A DNA stretch of 64,000 bases from an uncultured delta proteobacterium (GTDB lineage Bacteria; Desulfobacterota; Binatia; UBA9968). Positions 34,522 to 44,870 of this stretch are shown in pieces. The DNA lies in contig CAVUVW010000026.1 in the NCBI GenBank assembly GCA_963745035.1, positions 114,789 through 178,788 on the forward strand, read 5' to 3'. Position 1 is the stretch's first letter; each line of letters begins with the position of its first letter. Under the pieces are notes generated by a model. It did no database searches, had not been told where the DNA came from, and saw only the letters and a program-made list of their open reading frames with translations. The position numbers and the translations under genes were made by a program.

Positions 34522-35565
34522 ATGCGATTCAATCCATGCGGGCGTTGGCAGACAATCGGTATCTTGTCCGTTGTTTCGATTTTTTTAGCTGCAACGGTCG
34601 AGGCTCAATCCCAACCGCGCACTCTCACGGTCGCTTCCAATCCACCGGGTACTGTTTTCTACGCGCTGGCCAGCGGGCTCGCTAAATTTGCCAGCGAAGG
34701 CGCGCCGTTCCAACTGGTCGTCCAGCCCTACTCAGGCACGAGCACGTTCTTACCATTGCTCAACACCGGTGAGATCGACTTCGGCGTCAACAATGCCGTC
34801 GATATGGCGCTGTCGTATCAGGGACCCGAACGGCTCAAGATCGGCGGCCGCAATCCTTTCCAGCACACGCCGAATGTCCGCTTGATCATGCGCGGCTCAG
34901 TGCTGATGACCGCGCTCCTCGTCCGCAAAGATGCGCCGATCAAAACCATCCACGACATCCGCGGCAAGAGGTTGACCGGAGAGTACCCGGCGCAACTCGC
35001 CAATTGGTACAATCTCTTCGGATTTCTTACGGGCGCCGGCATGAAATGGGAAGACGTAAAGATCGTGCCGGTGCCCGCGGTCAACGAAGGCATCGACGCG
35101 CTGGTTCAAGGCCGCGCCGACGTAAGCTTGTCGGCAATCGATTCGGCGAAGGTGAAGGAGGCGGATGCCGCAGTCGGCGTCCGCCACATCTCCTTGGACT
35201 GTTCCGCGGAAGGGGAGAAGCGGCTTCGGAAGGCGGTGCCGGGCTATTATCCGCATTGGCTCAAGCGCGGGCATGCCACGGCGATCGTGGAGGATACCTG
35301 CGTCAACGCGTACGATATCTATCTGACGAGCCATAAAGGGGCGGCGGACCGGGTGGTGGAGACCGTTCTCAAGAACATTTGGGACAATACCGACAAGCTG
35401 CTGCCGCTTCATCCCAATTTCAAGGACTGGACCCGGCAGCGGGCGGTCGACCCCGACGTGACGATTCCCTTTCATCCGGCGGCGATCCAATTTTTCAAAG
35501 CGCGCAGCCTTTGGTCGGCCCCGATCGATGAGAATCACCGAAGGCTTCTCGCCTTGAGTTCATGA
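34522..35565 (+). CDS. TAXI family TRAP solute-binding protein
   Basis: SNPPGTVFY, DIRGKR, IPFHPAAIQFFK. Confidence 0.85.
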   Translation: MRFNPCGRWQTIGILSVVSIFLAATVEAQSQPRTLTVASNPPGTVFYALASGLAKFASEGAPFQLVVQPYSGTSTFLPLLNTGEIDFGVNNAVDMALSYQGPERLKIGGRNPFQHTPNVRLIMRGSVLMTALLVRKDAPIKTIHDIRGKRLTGEYPAQLANWYNLFGFLTGAGMKWEDVKIVPVPAVNEGIDALVQGRADVSLSAIDSAKVKEADAAVGVRHISLDCSAEGEKRLRKAVPGYYPHWLKRGHATAIVEDTCVNAYDIYLTSHKGAADRVVETVLKNIWDNTDKLLPLHPNFKDWTRQRAVDPDVTIPFHPAAIQFFKARSLWSAPIDENHRRLLALSS

Positions 35566-35583
35566 GCGCACAGATCGAGGTTC

Positions 35584-36075
35584 GTGGGAAACAAGGAAAA
35601 TAATTTCGGTGAACCGAGCACGCAAAACCGGTATCTCGCAGCACATGTGGCTCGGTTATTGAGCAGTTTTCGGCATTGGGTCGGAAAAGATCTCATCGCG
35701 CCCGGTCCGTCAGCGGAGATCTAGGCGCGGGAGTTGTTTTACGCACCTTTTGCGGTTCTGTCGCACGATACCGCGGCGGAGCCGATTTTGAATTATGCGA
35801 ATCAGACCGCCTTGCGGCTGTTCGATCTCACTTGGGATGAGCTGATCGCCATGCCGTCGCGTTTGACCGCTCAGGCTCCGGCGCAAGCCGAAAGAGCGCG
35901 ACTGCTGGCGCGGGTGTCCGAGCGGGGATTCATCGACGATTATCGCGGCGTGCGAATCACGAAGAGCGGCCGCAGGTTTTTAATCGAGCGGGCAACCGTA
36001 TGGAATGTGCTGCATGAAAACGGCACGCGGTACGGCCAGGCGGCAACCTTCAGCGAGTGGCGGTTTCTCCCGTAG
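35584..36075 (+). pseudogene. MEKHLA-domain protein with internal in-frame TAG (35722-35724)
   Basis: LLSSFRHWVGKDLI...EI*ARELFYAPFAVLSH..P.LNYAN..AL.LF..W..PSRLTA..Y.GVRI...GQAATF. Confidence 0.75.
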
Positions 36076-36541
36076 GGCGTTCGCCGCCGCGGATCGAGGA
36101 ACGCTTCTTGTACATGCGCACGGCGTGATCGCGGATCTCCGCGACAGGGATTTCCAATTCGCGGCGCAAACGCTCGCGGCTGCGATATTCGATCGTGATC
36201 GTTTCGTTAAGCGAAGGAAACGAGGAGTTGCAGACGCGCAACAATTGCCCTTCTTCTTCGTCGATGCGGCGGCCGATCGCCCGCAACGTCTCCGGCAGCC
36301 CGTCAAAGCTGACCAGAGCTAAGGAGTGGCTGGGCCGCGCCTTGAATTGATCGTTCAGCGCCTTGATCTGCGCCAGGGAATAGTTGAGCGCGACCAAGTC
36401 CAAATACGGTGGCGTGGGTCCGCCGCACAGAACGGAAATCGCGTCGTCGGACTATTGCAGGTCAAACAAGTCGAGTCGCTGCTGCTCGAGCAGTTGCCCG
36501 ACGACGCGCAATGAATTGGATAGCGGATAGCGCGCAATCAT
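36050..36541 (-). pseudogene. Hypothetical protein (paralog of 37799-38311) with in-frame TAG at 36452-36454
   Basis: MIARYPLSNSLRVVGQLLE...LQ*SDD.. continues in frame into ORF 36050-36403 (ETLRAIGRRID). Confidence 0.6.
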
Positions 36542-36775
36542 CGGCGTCTCTCTATCTCAAACCGCGCCGCGCTGGCCTTCCACTTGCGCCAAGTGGAAAA
36601 TAGCGACTTGAAGCTCCTTAAACGCCTCTCGATTGTTGCCCGGGGGGTGGGATTAGGATTAGTTTCCACGGCATGGGTCGCAGCTTTGATTCTGCGGCTA
36701 TTGAAGGGCTGATCGGCGCGCATGAACGCGCGTGGACATTTTTTGCGGCTGAGTCGCTGGCGCGGCTCGCAGAAC

Positions 36776-37657
36776 ATGAGGAATACTCTATTGTACGCGC
36801 TCATGCGCGCCGGCGCGTTTGCTCTGGAACGGTTGCCGCTGCGCGGCGTCGTTCGCCTGGTCGGCTGTTTGGCGCCGTTTATTTTTCGTCGTACAGCGCG
36901 CCGTGCCGAAGAGCATCTGGGCGAAACTTTGCCGCATCTGGATGCGCGTAAAACCACCCGGCGCATGTTCGTCCACTTCGCGGAGTCGATCTGGGAGTTA
37001 TGCCAACTGCGCCGCTGGGTGCCGGAGCTCGAGCCTGCCGCACGCCGTGTTTTGGACGAAGCGTTGGCGGAAGGCAAGGGAGCGATCGTCATTTCCGGGC
37101 ACGTCGGCAACTGGGAGATCCTTGGCCAGACGATTGCCGGCGCCGGCTATCCTCTGACAACCATCGCTACGCCCTTTTACGATCCCCGCATGACCAAATG
37201 GATGAACGAATGGCGCACCCAGCGGGGGCTAAAGATCCTCTGGCGCGAGGGCAACAGCGGCAAGGCGATCTTACGGGTCCTGCGGCAAAACCACTTGATG
37301 GCGTTTCTCATCGATCAGGACACCAAGACCGCAGGCGACTACGTGCCGTTCTTCGAGCGGCCGGCTTTTACGCCGACCACCCCGGCGGCGTTGGCGCTTC
37401 GCACCGGCGCGCCGGTGATATTTTGCTGGCACCATCGCCGCGGCAAACGCCACCAGATCACCATCGAGCGGCTCACCTACGAACGCAGCGGCGACCACCA
37501 GCGCGATGTCCTAGCGCTCACCGCAATGCTTACGGCACGCCTGGAAAACGTTATTCGCGCCGCTCCCGAACAGTGGGTTTGGATGCACCGCCGCTGGCGC
37601 ACGCGGCGGGAATCCACATTCGGTTCCCCGGCCCGAGAGCCGATCATTGGACCATAG
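36776..37657 (+). CDS. Lipid A lauroyl/lysophospholipid acyltransferase (LpxL/HtrB family)
   Basis: GHVGNWE, LIDQD, VPFF, PEQWVWMHRRW. Confidence 0.9.
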   Translation: MRNTLLYALMRAGAFALERLPLRGVVRLVGCLAPFIFRRTARRAEEHLGETLPHLDARKTTRRMFVHFAESIWELCQLRRWVPELEPAARRVLDEALAEGKGAIVISGHVGNWEILGQTIAGAGYPLTTIATPFYDPRMTKWMNEWRTQRGLKILWREGNSGKAILRVLRQNHLMAFLIDQDTKTAGDYVPFFERPAFTPTTPAALALRTGAPVIFCWHHRRGKRHQITIERLTYERSGDHQRDVLALTAMLTARLENVIRAAPEQWVWMHRRWRTRRESTFGSPAREPIIGP

Positions 37658-37798
37658 CCGTGCCGCGATTAGATGCCGCCGGTCCGCCGCTGCGTCGTCC
37701 TGTCGTTTTATCGCGGGTTGTCGAGAGCTTGGCGCGGTTGAACGGAAAGGTCTACCCGCTTACAATGAAGCCCGATTTAGCGCCGCAAAGGACATCTA

Positions 37799-38311
37799 TT
37801 GCCGCACGCCAAATCCCTACGTGCCATCGGGCAATCACTGGAATCTCTCGGCGTGATCGCGTTCGTCATGGAGAAAAGCGGGCGTACGTATATCGTCCGC
37901 AGCGACTCTCTTCCCGACGTTTCACAGCTCGACCTCAAAAAGGATCTTACCGAGAAGGTCTGGGATGCCGTTGGCGCGGGCTCCCGGCACACGCGCCTGC
38001 TCGATACGGAAGGATCGTTGCGCTACGACCCGCCTTACGTTTCTTGGCTGGACGCGCAAGGCCGAAAAAAGCGCCGGCGGCGCCTCTCAGCTCAGGCCAC
38101 CGGCACGATGAAGGTCTCCCAGCTCTTGCGCACGGTGGGAAAACATCTCGACAGATTCGAGCCCCATGCGTTCAGCATTCAGTGGACGAGTGAAAAAGTG
38201 GTGGTCGATTACGAGCTGCCGGACGGACAGATCGCGCGTGAAATTTTATCCGTGGACAAGTTGCGCGAGCTCACCGTGCGCTCGCGGTTTCGACGGGCAC
38301 GGCGCCGCTAA
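37799..38311 (+). CDS. Hypothetical protein with internally repeated LR.IG..L(E/D) motif
   Basis: SLRAIGQSLE and QLLRTVGKHLD; TTG start with AAGGA RBS. Confidence 0.7.
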   Translation: MPHAKSLRAIGQSLESLGVIAFVMEKSGRTYIVRSDSLPDVSQLDLKKDLTEKVWDAVGAGSRHTRLLDTEGSLRYDPPYVSWLDAQGRKKRRRRLSAQATGTMKVSQLLRTVGKHLDRFEPHAFSIQWTSEKVVVDYELPDGQIAREILSVDKLRELTVRSRFRRARRR

Positions 38312-38411
38312 GCGACAAGCAAAGCGCTTCTTTCCCGTCTCGATCTTCTGCGGCCCCCGCCGCAGTGCCGGCGCCTGCGCGTTGTGGCTTAAACCGGTGT
38401 GGTGATACATT

Positions 38412-38951
38412 ATGGATGTTCACGTGATTGCCCAGAGAAATTCTTATTTGATCGTGATGCTCGCCGCGACCGTGCTGCTTTCGGCCTGCGCGCACAAATT
38501 GACCATGCATGCGCGGGACGGGGAGAAGCTCGACGGCAGGTGGCGCTTTGCCCGCGAAGGGAGCGCTCTCATGCAGGTCTTTGGCTCCGACGGCGAGGTC
38601 CTGGTCGGTATGCTCACGCCGGTCGCGCGCCGCGCGTTCTTTGAAAGCTATCAATCCGTATTCGGCCGGGGAGCGATCGCGGCCGAGACTCCGGATCTAT
38701 CCGCATACGGCCACGGGTTTTGGATGTTGCCGGGAACTTCCAATGCGCTGACGGATGTGGTTTACGGTGACAGCTTCGACGCGGTGGGCGGGCAAACGGT
38801 GGTCGGCCCGCTGTTCTATTGGACGGCAAATCTGCAAGGCGACCGGCGGACTCTCATGCATTGCTTTCTCATCGGTTCGGCGCACAGCGCCCGCGGTCTC
38901 GGCAGATGCAAAGGCGCAACGGGCAAGGAATATACCGTTCAATTTTTTTAA
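38412..38951 (+). CDS. Putative lipoprotein
   Basis: Lipobox LSAC; C-terminal MHC...GLGRC....KEY. Confidence 0.7.
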   Translation: MDVHVIAQRNSYLIVMLAATVLLSACAHKLTMHARDGEKLDGRWRFAREGSALMQVFGSDGEVLVGMLTPVARRAFFESYQSVFGRGAIAAETPDLSAYGHGFWMLPGTSNALTDVVYGDSFDAVGGQTVVGPLFYWTANLQGDRRTLMHCFLIGSAHSARGLGRCKGATGKEYTVQFF

Positions 38952-38958
38952 TGTCGAC

Positions 38959-39495
38959 TCAGATGATACGCCGCCATTCCTTCGTTGTCAGCGGTAGCCG
39001 CGATATCTTTACCTTGAACGCCTCCGAGTGCAGCGCCGTTTCCCGCGGACGTCGTATCTTGAGTTTGATTTGCGCCCACGAGCGATGGCCCCGCTTGCGC
39101 AATTGCAGGAGCGCGGCATAACTCTGTTGCAACGATTGCTCGCTCTCCTTGTGCCCCGATTCTCCCATCAGCGATTTGAATTGGTCGAAGGTCAGAGTTC
39201 GCCCGGAGGGTCTCGAGGATTTGGCGAGCCGCGGAAAGCGGTCGTTCTCGCTCCCACGCGCTGAAAAGATCGGCGGCGTCTTCACCCGTTTGTCTATCCA
39301 GGCCTGCGCCGCGCTTAACGCCCATGCCACCGCCTCGGCTTCCGTGACGGCGCGTTTGGGAAATCGGACAAACGCCGACTCGCGCTCCGAGCCGGCTACC
39401 CAGGTGATGTTTGCCTGGGATGCCCATAAACCGGACGCCGTATCGAAACTGGGGAACGCCATGATCGCGTGATCGCGATAGGATCGGCACCACAT
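38959..39495 (-). CDS. Hypothetical protein
   Basis: GAGGAG RBS; TEAEA...AQAWID motif. Confidence 0.6.
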   Translation of the reverse strand: MWCRSYRDHAIMAFPSFDTASGLWASQANITWVAGSERESAFVRFPKRAVTEAEAVAWALSAAQAWIDKRVKTPPIFSARGSENDRFPRLAKSSRPSGRTLTFDQFKSLMGESGHKESEQSLQQSYAALLQLRKRGHRSWAQIKLKIRRPRETALHSEAFKVKISRLPLTTKEWRRII

Positions 39496-39706
39496 AGACT
39501 TGACTCCTCTCAGTGGAGCGGCACGCGCGAAGAGCTAAATCAGCCGTTGTGTGCGAAAACCCGAGAAATCTTCCACCTGGGGCGATTGTGATCGCTTCCA
39601 AAGGCGAAAACAAGGGGTTTGAAAAGGAGGGGAGTCCTCGCGCCAGCCAAGCCGGCGCGAGGACTTCACTGAAGATGCTTATCGGAATGCGGCTATCTTC
39701 CTGAAG

Positions 39707-40084
39707 CTAGCGCCACCATCCTCCATTCCGATCCCACCAGCCGCGCCGGTAAGAGCCCCGGTTGTAGTCGCCGTAATAGTCGTTGTTACTTCTCCGCCAG
39801 CGGTCACGGTCGTTCCAATCGCGCCGATGCTGCGCCAGCTCACGCCGCTCTCGCTGTATCGCCTCACGATCGCTGCGGAGCTCCTCACGGCTCGCGCCAT
39901 TGCGCCGATCGCGACGGTACTCTTGTCGCGCTTCACGCAAATCGCTTCGATCTTCCCGATATTCGCGATATGCGCGGCGATCATTTCGGTCCCATCGGTC
40001 CGCCAGCGCCGGGGTCGCCGGAACCAAAAGACCGAGGCCCATGAGGAGCACCGCTCCGGAAATCCATTGTTTTGTCTTCGTCAT
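39707..40084 (-). CDS. Secreted Arg/Asp-rich low-complexity protein
   Basis: Signal peptide ending ALA-D; R/D/E coiled repeats; GGAGG RBS; hairpin downstream at about 39634-39664. Confidence 0.75.
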   Translation of the reverse strand: MTKTKQWISGAVLLMGLGLLVPATPALADRWDRNDRRAYREYREDRSDLREARQEYRRDRRNGASREELRSDREAIQRERRELAQHRRDWNDRDRWRRSNNDYYGDYNRGSYRRGWWDRNGGWWR

Positions 40085-40312
40085 GAGAATCCTCCTTCCA
40101 TGTGCTTCGACGGTTAGCCAGCCAAAAGGTTACAAGAAAACTTGGCGGCTCTACCGCGACTCACTACTTGTACTTGTGCCGGAAAGGCGCGCCGATTCTC
40201 CAGTTGTATGCTTTCTCCTCGCTCGCGTCAGAAATATTCCTCCAGCGACTTCCGAAGCGCTACCGCGCTATCGTATGTCGGCGAAACAGTAAACGAAATC
40301 AAACACGCTTTC

Positions 40313-40327
40313 TGGCATAAGGCTTGC
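40313..40327 (+). promoter_or_regulatory. Sigma-54-like promoter upstream of HtrA
   Basis: TGGCAT-AAGGC-TTGC. Confidence 0.55.
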
Positions 40328-40425
40328 GCGTCTAAATAACCGATCGCGTATCCCTACCGCCGTGCGAACGCTAGAGTTTGTACTGGTGGTTTTTTACTTT
40401 CTCGCCGGAAAGGAAAAATCCTAAC

Positions 40426-41562
40426 ATGCACCAGCTCCGAGATCGACTGATTGTCAGTTGCTTTTGTATTGTCGTTTCCGCCTGCGCCCACAGCGACGCG
40501 GACGTGAGCGGCAAGGGCGCCGTGTTGTCCGGCGGTGGGTCGACAAAAGGGCCGGATTTCGTTTCGCTGGCGAAAGGATTACAGCCCGCGGTGGTCAATG
40601 TCTCAGCGATGTTGTCGCCGGCCGAGAAGGGTGCGCCGAATCCGCAGCGGCCAGGCCCTCCGGAAGAAAACCTATTCGGCCTTCCATCGCCGGAGAATCC
40701 GGCGGAGCGAAGCCAGGGCTCGGGCTTCATCATCGCCGCCGACGGCTTGATCTTAACCAACGCTCACGTGGTCGAAGGCGCAAAAAAGATCATCGTCCGC
40801 TTGGTTGATAAAAGCGAGTTTGAAGCCAACGTGGTGGGGAAAGATCCGCATATCGACGTTGCGGTGATCAAGATTGCCGCCAAAGAGCGGCTGCCGATAT
40901 TGACGTTGGGAGACTCGGATAACTTGCAAGTGGGTGAGTGGGTGATGGCGGTCGGTAATCCGTTCGGCCTTGATAGCAGCGTGAGCTCGGGGATCGTCAG
41001 CGGCAAGGGACGCCACCTCGGTCAGGCTTACGATCGTCTAATCCAAACCGACGCTAGTCTCAATCCTGGAAGCTCGGGCGGACCGTTGGTGAATCTCAAC
41101 GGGCAAGTCGTCGGCGTCAGCAAAGCGATCGTAAGTCAGGGCGGCGGCAATATCGGCATCAGCTTTGCCACCCCCATCAATTTGATCAAAGAGATTCTGC
41201 CGCAGCTTCGCGCCGACGGCAAAGTGACGCGCGGCTGGGCCGGTTTGGCGATTCAGGAAATCACGCCGGGCCTGGCCGATTCACTGGGGATGACGAAGCC
41301 CGACGGCGCGCTCGTGGCCGGCGTCGTTCACGGCGGACCCGCGGAACGCGGCGGCATAAAAGTGGGCGACGTGATCGTCGAGTTCGACGGCAAAAAAGTC
41401 GTCGACGCGATGGACTTGCCACTGTGGATCGCGCGCACGCCGATCGATAAGAGCGTCTCCATCAAAGTCCAAAGAGAGCGGCAGGAAATGCAACTGAATT
41501 TGATTGTGAGCTCGATGCCGGAAGCTCCGACGCGAGGAGCGCGCGGCAATCAGATCGGCTAA
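40426..41562 (+). CDS. HtrA/DegP-family serine protease, single PDZ, lipoprotein signal
   Basis: GSGFII, TNAHVV, IQTDASLNPGSSGGP, GDVIVEFDG; VSAC lipobox. Confidence 0.92.
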   Translation: MHQLRDRLIVSCFCIVVSACAHSDADVSGKGAVLSGGGSTKGPDFVSLAKGLQPAVVNVSAMLSPAEKGAPNPQRPGPPEENLFGLPSPENPAERSQGSGFIIAADGLILTNAHVVEGAKKIIVRLVDKSEFEANVVGKDPHIDVAVIKIAAKERLPILTLGDSDNLQVGEWVMAVGNPFGLDSSVSSGIVSGKGRHLGQAYDRLIQTDASLNPGSSGGPLVNLNGQVVGVSKAIVSQGGGNIGISFATPINLIKEILPQLRADGKVTRGWAGLAIQEITPGLADSLGMTKPDGALVAGVVHGGPAERGGIKVGDVIVEFDGKKVVDAMDLPLWIARTPIDKSVSIKVQRERQEMQLNLIVSSMPEAPTRGARGNQIG

Positions 41563-41871
41563 GCCCAAGCTGAAAGATCATCGAAGAAGCGCGTCTCAAT
41601 CCCGTGCAGGTATTTCCGGCGGCGAGTTCGTCGCGGCGAAAAAAATGCCGGATTGTGCCTGCGTATGGCTTGCTCGTCACGCTGCTGGCCCTGCGAAACT
41701 CACCATGATACACGTAAACTGAAGCAGCATGGCGCCCGGTGGCAACGCCGTTCGCGATGGTCCTGGGATTAAACCAGCGCTACGGTTGCGACCATGACTC
41801 CGGCCGTGGCCATGCTCTCGTAAGTTCTTTTTCTCCACCTAATGAATCGTCCGCCCGCTCGTTAGCCGCGC

Positions 41872-43764
41872 ATGCCGCTCCTTCGCCTGGACAATGTCTC
41901 ACTGGCCTACGGCCACGTTCCTCTGCTCGCGGGTGTTGATTTTCAAGTAGACGCCGGTGAGCGGGTCTGTCTGGTCGGCCGAAACGGCGCTGGCAAGAGC
42001 ACGCTGTTTCGGGTGATCGCGCGCGCGGCGGCGCCGGATGAAGGTGAGATCTGGCGCGCGGATACGCTCCGCATCGCGCACCTCGAGCAAGAAGTTCCGC
42101 CCGACACCGATCAGACAATATTCGAGGTCGTCGCCGGCGGCCTGGGAGAGCTTGGCGCGCTTCTCGGCCAGTACCATCAAGTCAGCCGGCAAGCCGGCGA
42201 GCGCGGCGCTTTGCAGCGGCTAGCCGAGCTACAGTCGCGCATCGAGGGCCGCGGCGGCTGGAATATCAGCCGGAAAGTCGAAGTCGTCCTCACTCGATTG
42301 AGCCTGCCCGAGGATAAGCCGCTCGCGGACTGTTCGGGCGGTACTCGGCGCCAGGTGATGCTAGCACGCTCTTTGGTTAGCGAGCCGGATCTGTTGCTGC
42401 TCGACGAGCCGACCAACCATCTCGATATCGACGCCATCACGTGGCTGGAAAAATATCTGGTCCATTTCAACGGCGCGATCATGTTTATCACCCACGATCG
42501 GACCTTGGTGCGCCGCCTGGCGACCCGCATCGTCGAGCTTGATCGAGGCAGACTCACGTCCTTTCCCGGTGACTTCGACGGCTACCTCGCAAAGAAGGAC
42601 GAGCTTTTGGAAATCGAAGAGCGGGCGAGCGCCAAATTTGACAAGAAGCTCGCCGAAGAGGAGGCGTGGATCCGCCGGGGAATCAAAGCGCGACGCACGC
42701 GCAACGAAGGGCGGGTACGCGCGCTCCAGGCGTTGCGACGGGAAAAAGCGCTGCGCCTGGAGGCCCAGGGAAAGGCCCGCTTCGCCATCGATGCGGGCGC
42801 AATGTCCGGCAAGCTGGTCGCCGACGTGCGCCGGGTGAATTTTCGCTACGGCGAAACCACGATCATTCGTGATCTCTCGACGCGCATCCTGCGCGGCGAC
42901 CGCATCGGCATTATCGGTCCCAACGGTTCGGGAAAAAGTACCTTGCTGAAGCTCATTCTCGGCGAGCTCGCGCCGTCGAGCGGCGAGGTTGTCCTGGGCA
43001 CCCGTCTTCAGGTCGCCTACTTCGATCAACACCGTCGCATGCTCGATACCGGGAAAACCGTGCGTGAGAACATGAGCGACTCCGATTACGTGACGGTTCG
43101 CGGCCGTTCGCGCCACGTCATCGGATACTTAAAAGACTTTCTGTTTCCTGCTCAACGCATCGATTCGCCGGTCAACGCTCTCTCCGGCGGCGAGCGCAAT
43201 CGCTTGCTGCTGGCCAAGATCTTTACCCAGTCGGCAAACATGATGGTGCTCGACGAGCCGACCAACGATCTGGATGTGGACACGCTGGAGCTTTTGGAGG
43301 AGCTCTTGGCGGAGTACGAGGGAACCTTGTTACTCGTAAGCCACGACCGAACCTTTCTCGACAACGTCGTCACCAGCACTTTGGTGTTCGAGGGCGACGG
43401 CAATTTCAGGGAATACGCCGGCGGTTATGACGACTGGGAAAGGTACCAGCGGCAAATTCCCGAAGCGCCGGCGACGCCGGTGAAGCGCGCCGTTCCGGCG
43501 AGCCAAACTGCACCCGACGCAAGGCGCGAGGATCGGCCGCGCAAGCTCAGCTACAAGGAGCAGCGCGAGTTGGAAACCCTTCCCGCGAAAATCGAAGCTT
43601 TGGAGGCCGAGCAGTCCGGTCTGCACGCGCGCATGGCGGAGGGCGACTTTTATCGCCAGCGCGGCGAAGCCATCAGCGCGACGATCGAGCGCTTGCAGTC
43701 GATCAAGAGCGAGCTCGAGGCGAGCTACGAGCGCTGGCAGGAGTTGGAATCGCGCGGTCCGTAA
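41872..43764 (+). CDS. uup: ABC-F ATPase Uup
   Basis: Two ABC domains (GRNGAGKST, GPNGSGKST), GIKARRTRNEGRVRAL, KLSYKEQREL. Confidence 0.92.
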   Translation: MPLLRLDNVSLAYGHVPLLAGVDFQVDAGERVCLVGRNGAGKSTLFRVIARAAAPDEGEIWRADTLRIAHLEQEVPPDTDQTIFEVVAGGLGELGALLGQYHQVSRQAGERGALQRLAELQSRIEGRGGWNISRKVEVVLTRLSLPEDKPLADCSGGTRRQVMLARSLVSEPDLLLLDEPTNHLDIDAITWLEKYLVHFNGAIMFITHDRTLVRRLATRIVELDRGRLTSFPGDFDGYLAKKDELLEIEERASAKFDKKLAEEEAWIRRGIKARRTRNEGRVRALQALRREKALRLEAQGKARFAIDAGAMSGKLVADVRRVNFRYGETTIIRDLSTRILRGDRIGIIGPNGSGKSTLLKLILGELAPSSGEVVLGTRLQVAYFDQHRRMLDTGKTVRENMSDSDYVTVRGRSRHVIGYLKDFLFPAQRIDSPVNALSGGERNRLLLAKIFTQSANMMVLDEPTNDLDVDTLELLEELLAEYEGTLLLVSHDRTFLDNVVTSTLVFEGDGNFREYAGGYDDWERYQRQIPEAPATPVKRAVPASQTAPDARREDRPRKLSYKEQRELETLPAKIEALEAEQSGLHARMAEGDFYRQRGEAISATIERLQSIKSELEASYERWQELESRGP

Positions 43765-43899
43765 ATCGCCATAGAATCACCAAGCCTCACGATCTTGCCG
43801 CCCGCTACAGAAAGAACTGACTTCAGCGCCGCCGGACTGCGCGAATTTCCAGAACGCATCACTCATCGCTGCAACCGCGCGTGAAGGGGGCGCCCCGCG

Positions 43900-44628
43900 C
43901 TAATTCCTGATCGCGGGCCAATCCGCCAGCAGTCTGCCGTAACCCAGGACGGAAAAGGAGCAGCCGAGCTTCGACAGCAGATTCCAGAGCATCGCCGAAT
44001 TGCTGGTGATCACCGGAACCGACAGGGCATTTTCCAGCCGCTGCAGGATCGGCAGCGGGTCCATCGTCGCGCCCTGAAAATAAATCGCGTCCGTCCGAGG
44101 GTTGACCCTGAAAGTTTTCTCCACGAGGCTAAACAGCTCGTCACCGCTCAAATTCACGGCGGAGCCGGCCTTGCGGTTTTCGAAAGCCGGTCCGAGATAA
44201 ACGGTAAAGTCCAGACTGTTCAGATGCGTCTTGATAACGGCATCCGAAGCCGCGTCGAACGGCGTCATAAGCAAAACAGACTTGGCTTGGAATATTTTGA
44301 GCGCGGCGACGGCGGAGGAGACCGCGCTCACTACCGGCAAGCCGACCGCGTCCGCAACTTTCCTTTCCAGTCCCGGATTGAACAAAGTCACAAACCCACC
44401 GGTGATCATCAAACCGCGGACGGAATGCCGCTCGACAAAATTCTTTGCAAGTTCAACCACACGCTCGGTCTTGCCGGCTAGATCTTGATAGGATTCCCCG
44501 AGCAAGCCAAGGCCTTCGTGCGCAATCGAGACGCCTTCGGGCAAGATATTGTCGAGCGACTTAAAGTGAGGACGATTGGGCGTTGCCGGAGACAACACGC
44601 CGATGCGAACAGATTGCGGGTGAGTCAT
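43900..44628 (-). CDS. Asp/Glu racemase / maleate isomerase / arylmalonate decarboxylase superfamily protein lacking canonical catalytic Cys
   Basis: RIGVLSP, LPVVSAV, LMTPF, DAIYFQGATM, PVITSNSAMLW. Confidence 0.75.
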   Translation of the reverse strand: MTHPQSVRIGVLSPATPNRPHFKSLDNILPEGVSIAHEGLGLLGESYQDLAGKTERVVELAKNFVERHSVRGLMITGGFVTLFNPGLERKVADAVGLPVVSAVSSAVAALKIFQAKSVLLMTPFDAASDAVIKTHLNSLDFTVYLGPAFENRKAGSAVNLSGDELFSLVEKTFRVNPRTDAIYFQGATMDPLPILQRLENALSVPVITSNSAMLWNLLSKLGCSFSVLGYGRLLADWPAIRN

Positions 44629-44697
44629 GACAAAACCTCCAAACGGGCTATAGCACGAAGCATGAATCTGCCGCCAACCGCAAGGGAAACACATCCG

Positions 44698-44784
44698 TTC
44701 ACCACAGAGACACGAAGGACACGAAGAAATTCGAATAGTCGCAACTCCGAGCTCGCGCTCTTCGTGACTTCGTGGTCAGGTGAA
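44698..44784. repeat. Imperfect intergenic inverted repeat (REP-like) built of CACGAAG units
   Basis: TTCACCACAGAGACACGAAGGACACGAAGA ... TCTTCGTGACTTCGTGGTCAGGTGAA. Confidence 0.65.
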
Positions 44785-44870
44785 ATCGTCCACCCGATCT
44801 CGCCGTGTGTTCTAGCTTGAACTGAGATATCCAATCCCGCATAGTCGGCCATATTGCACTGGAGGATCTC

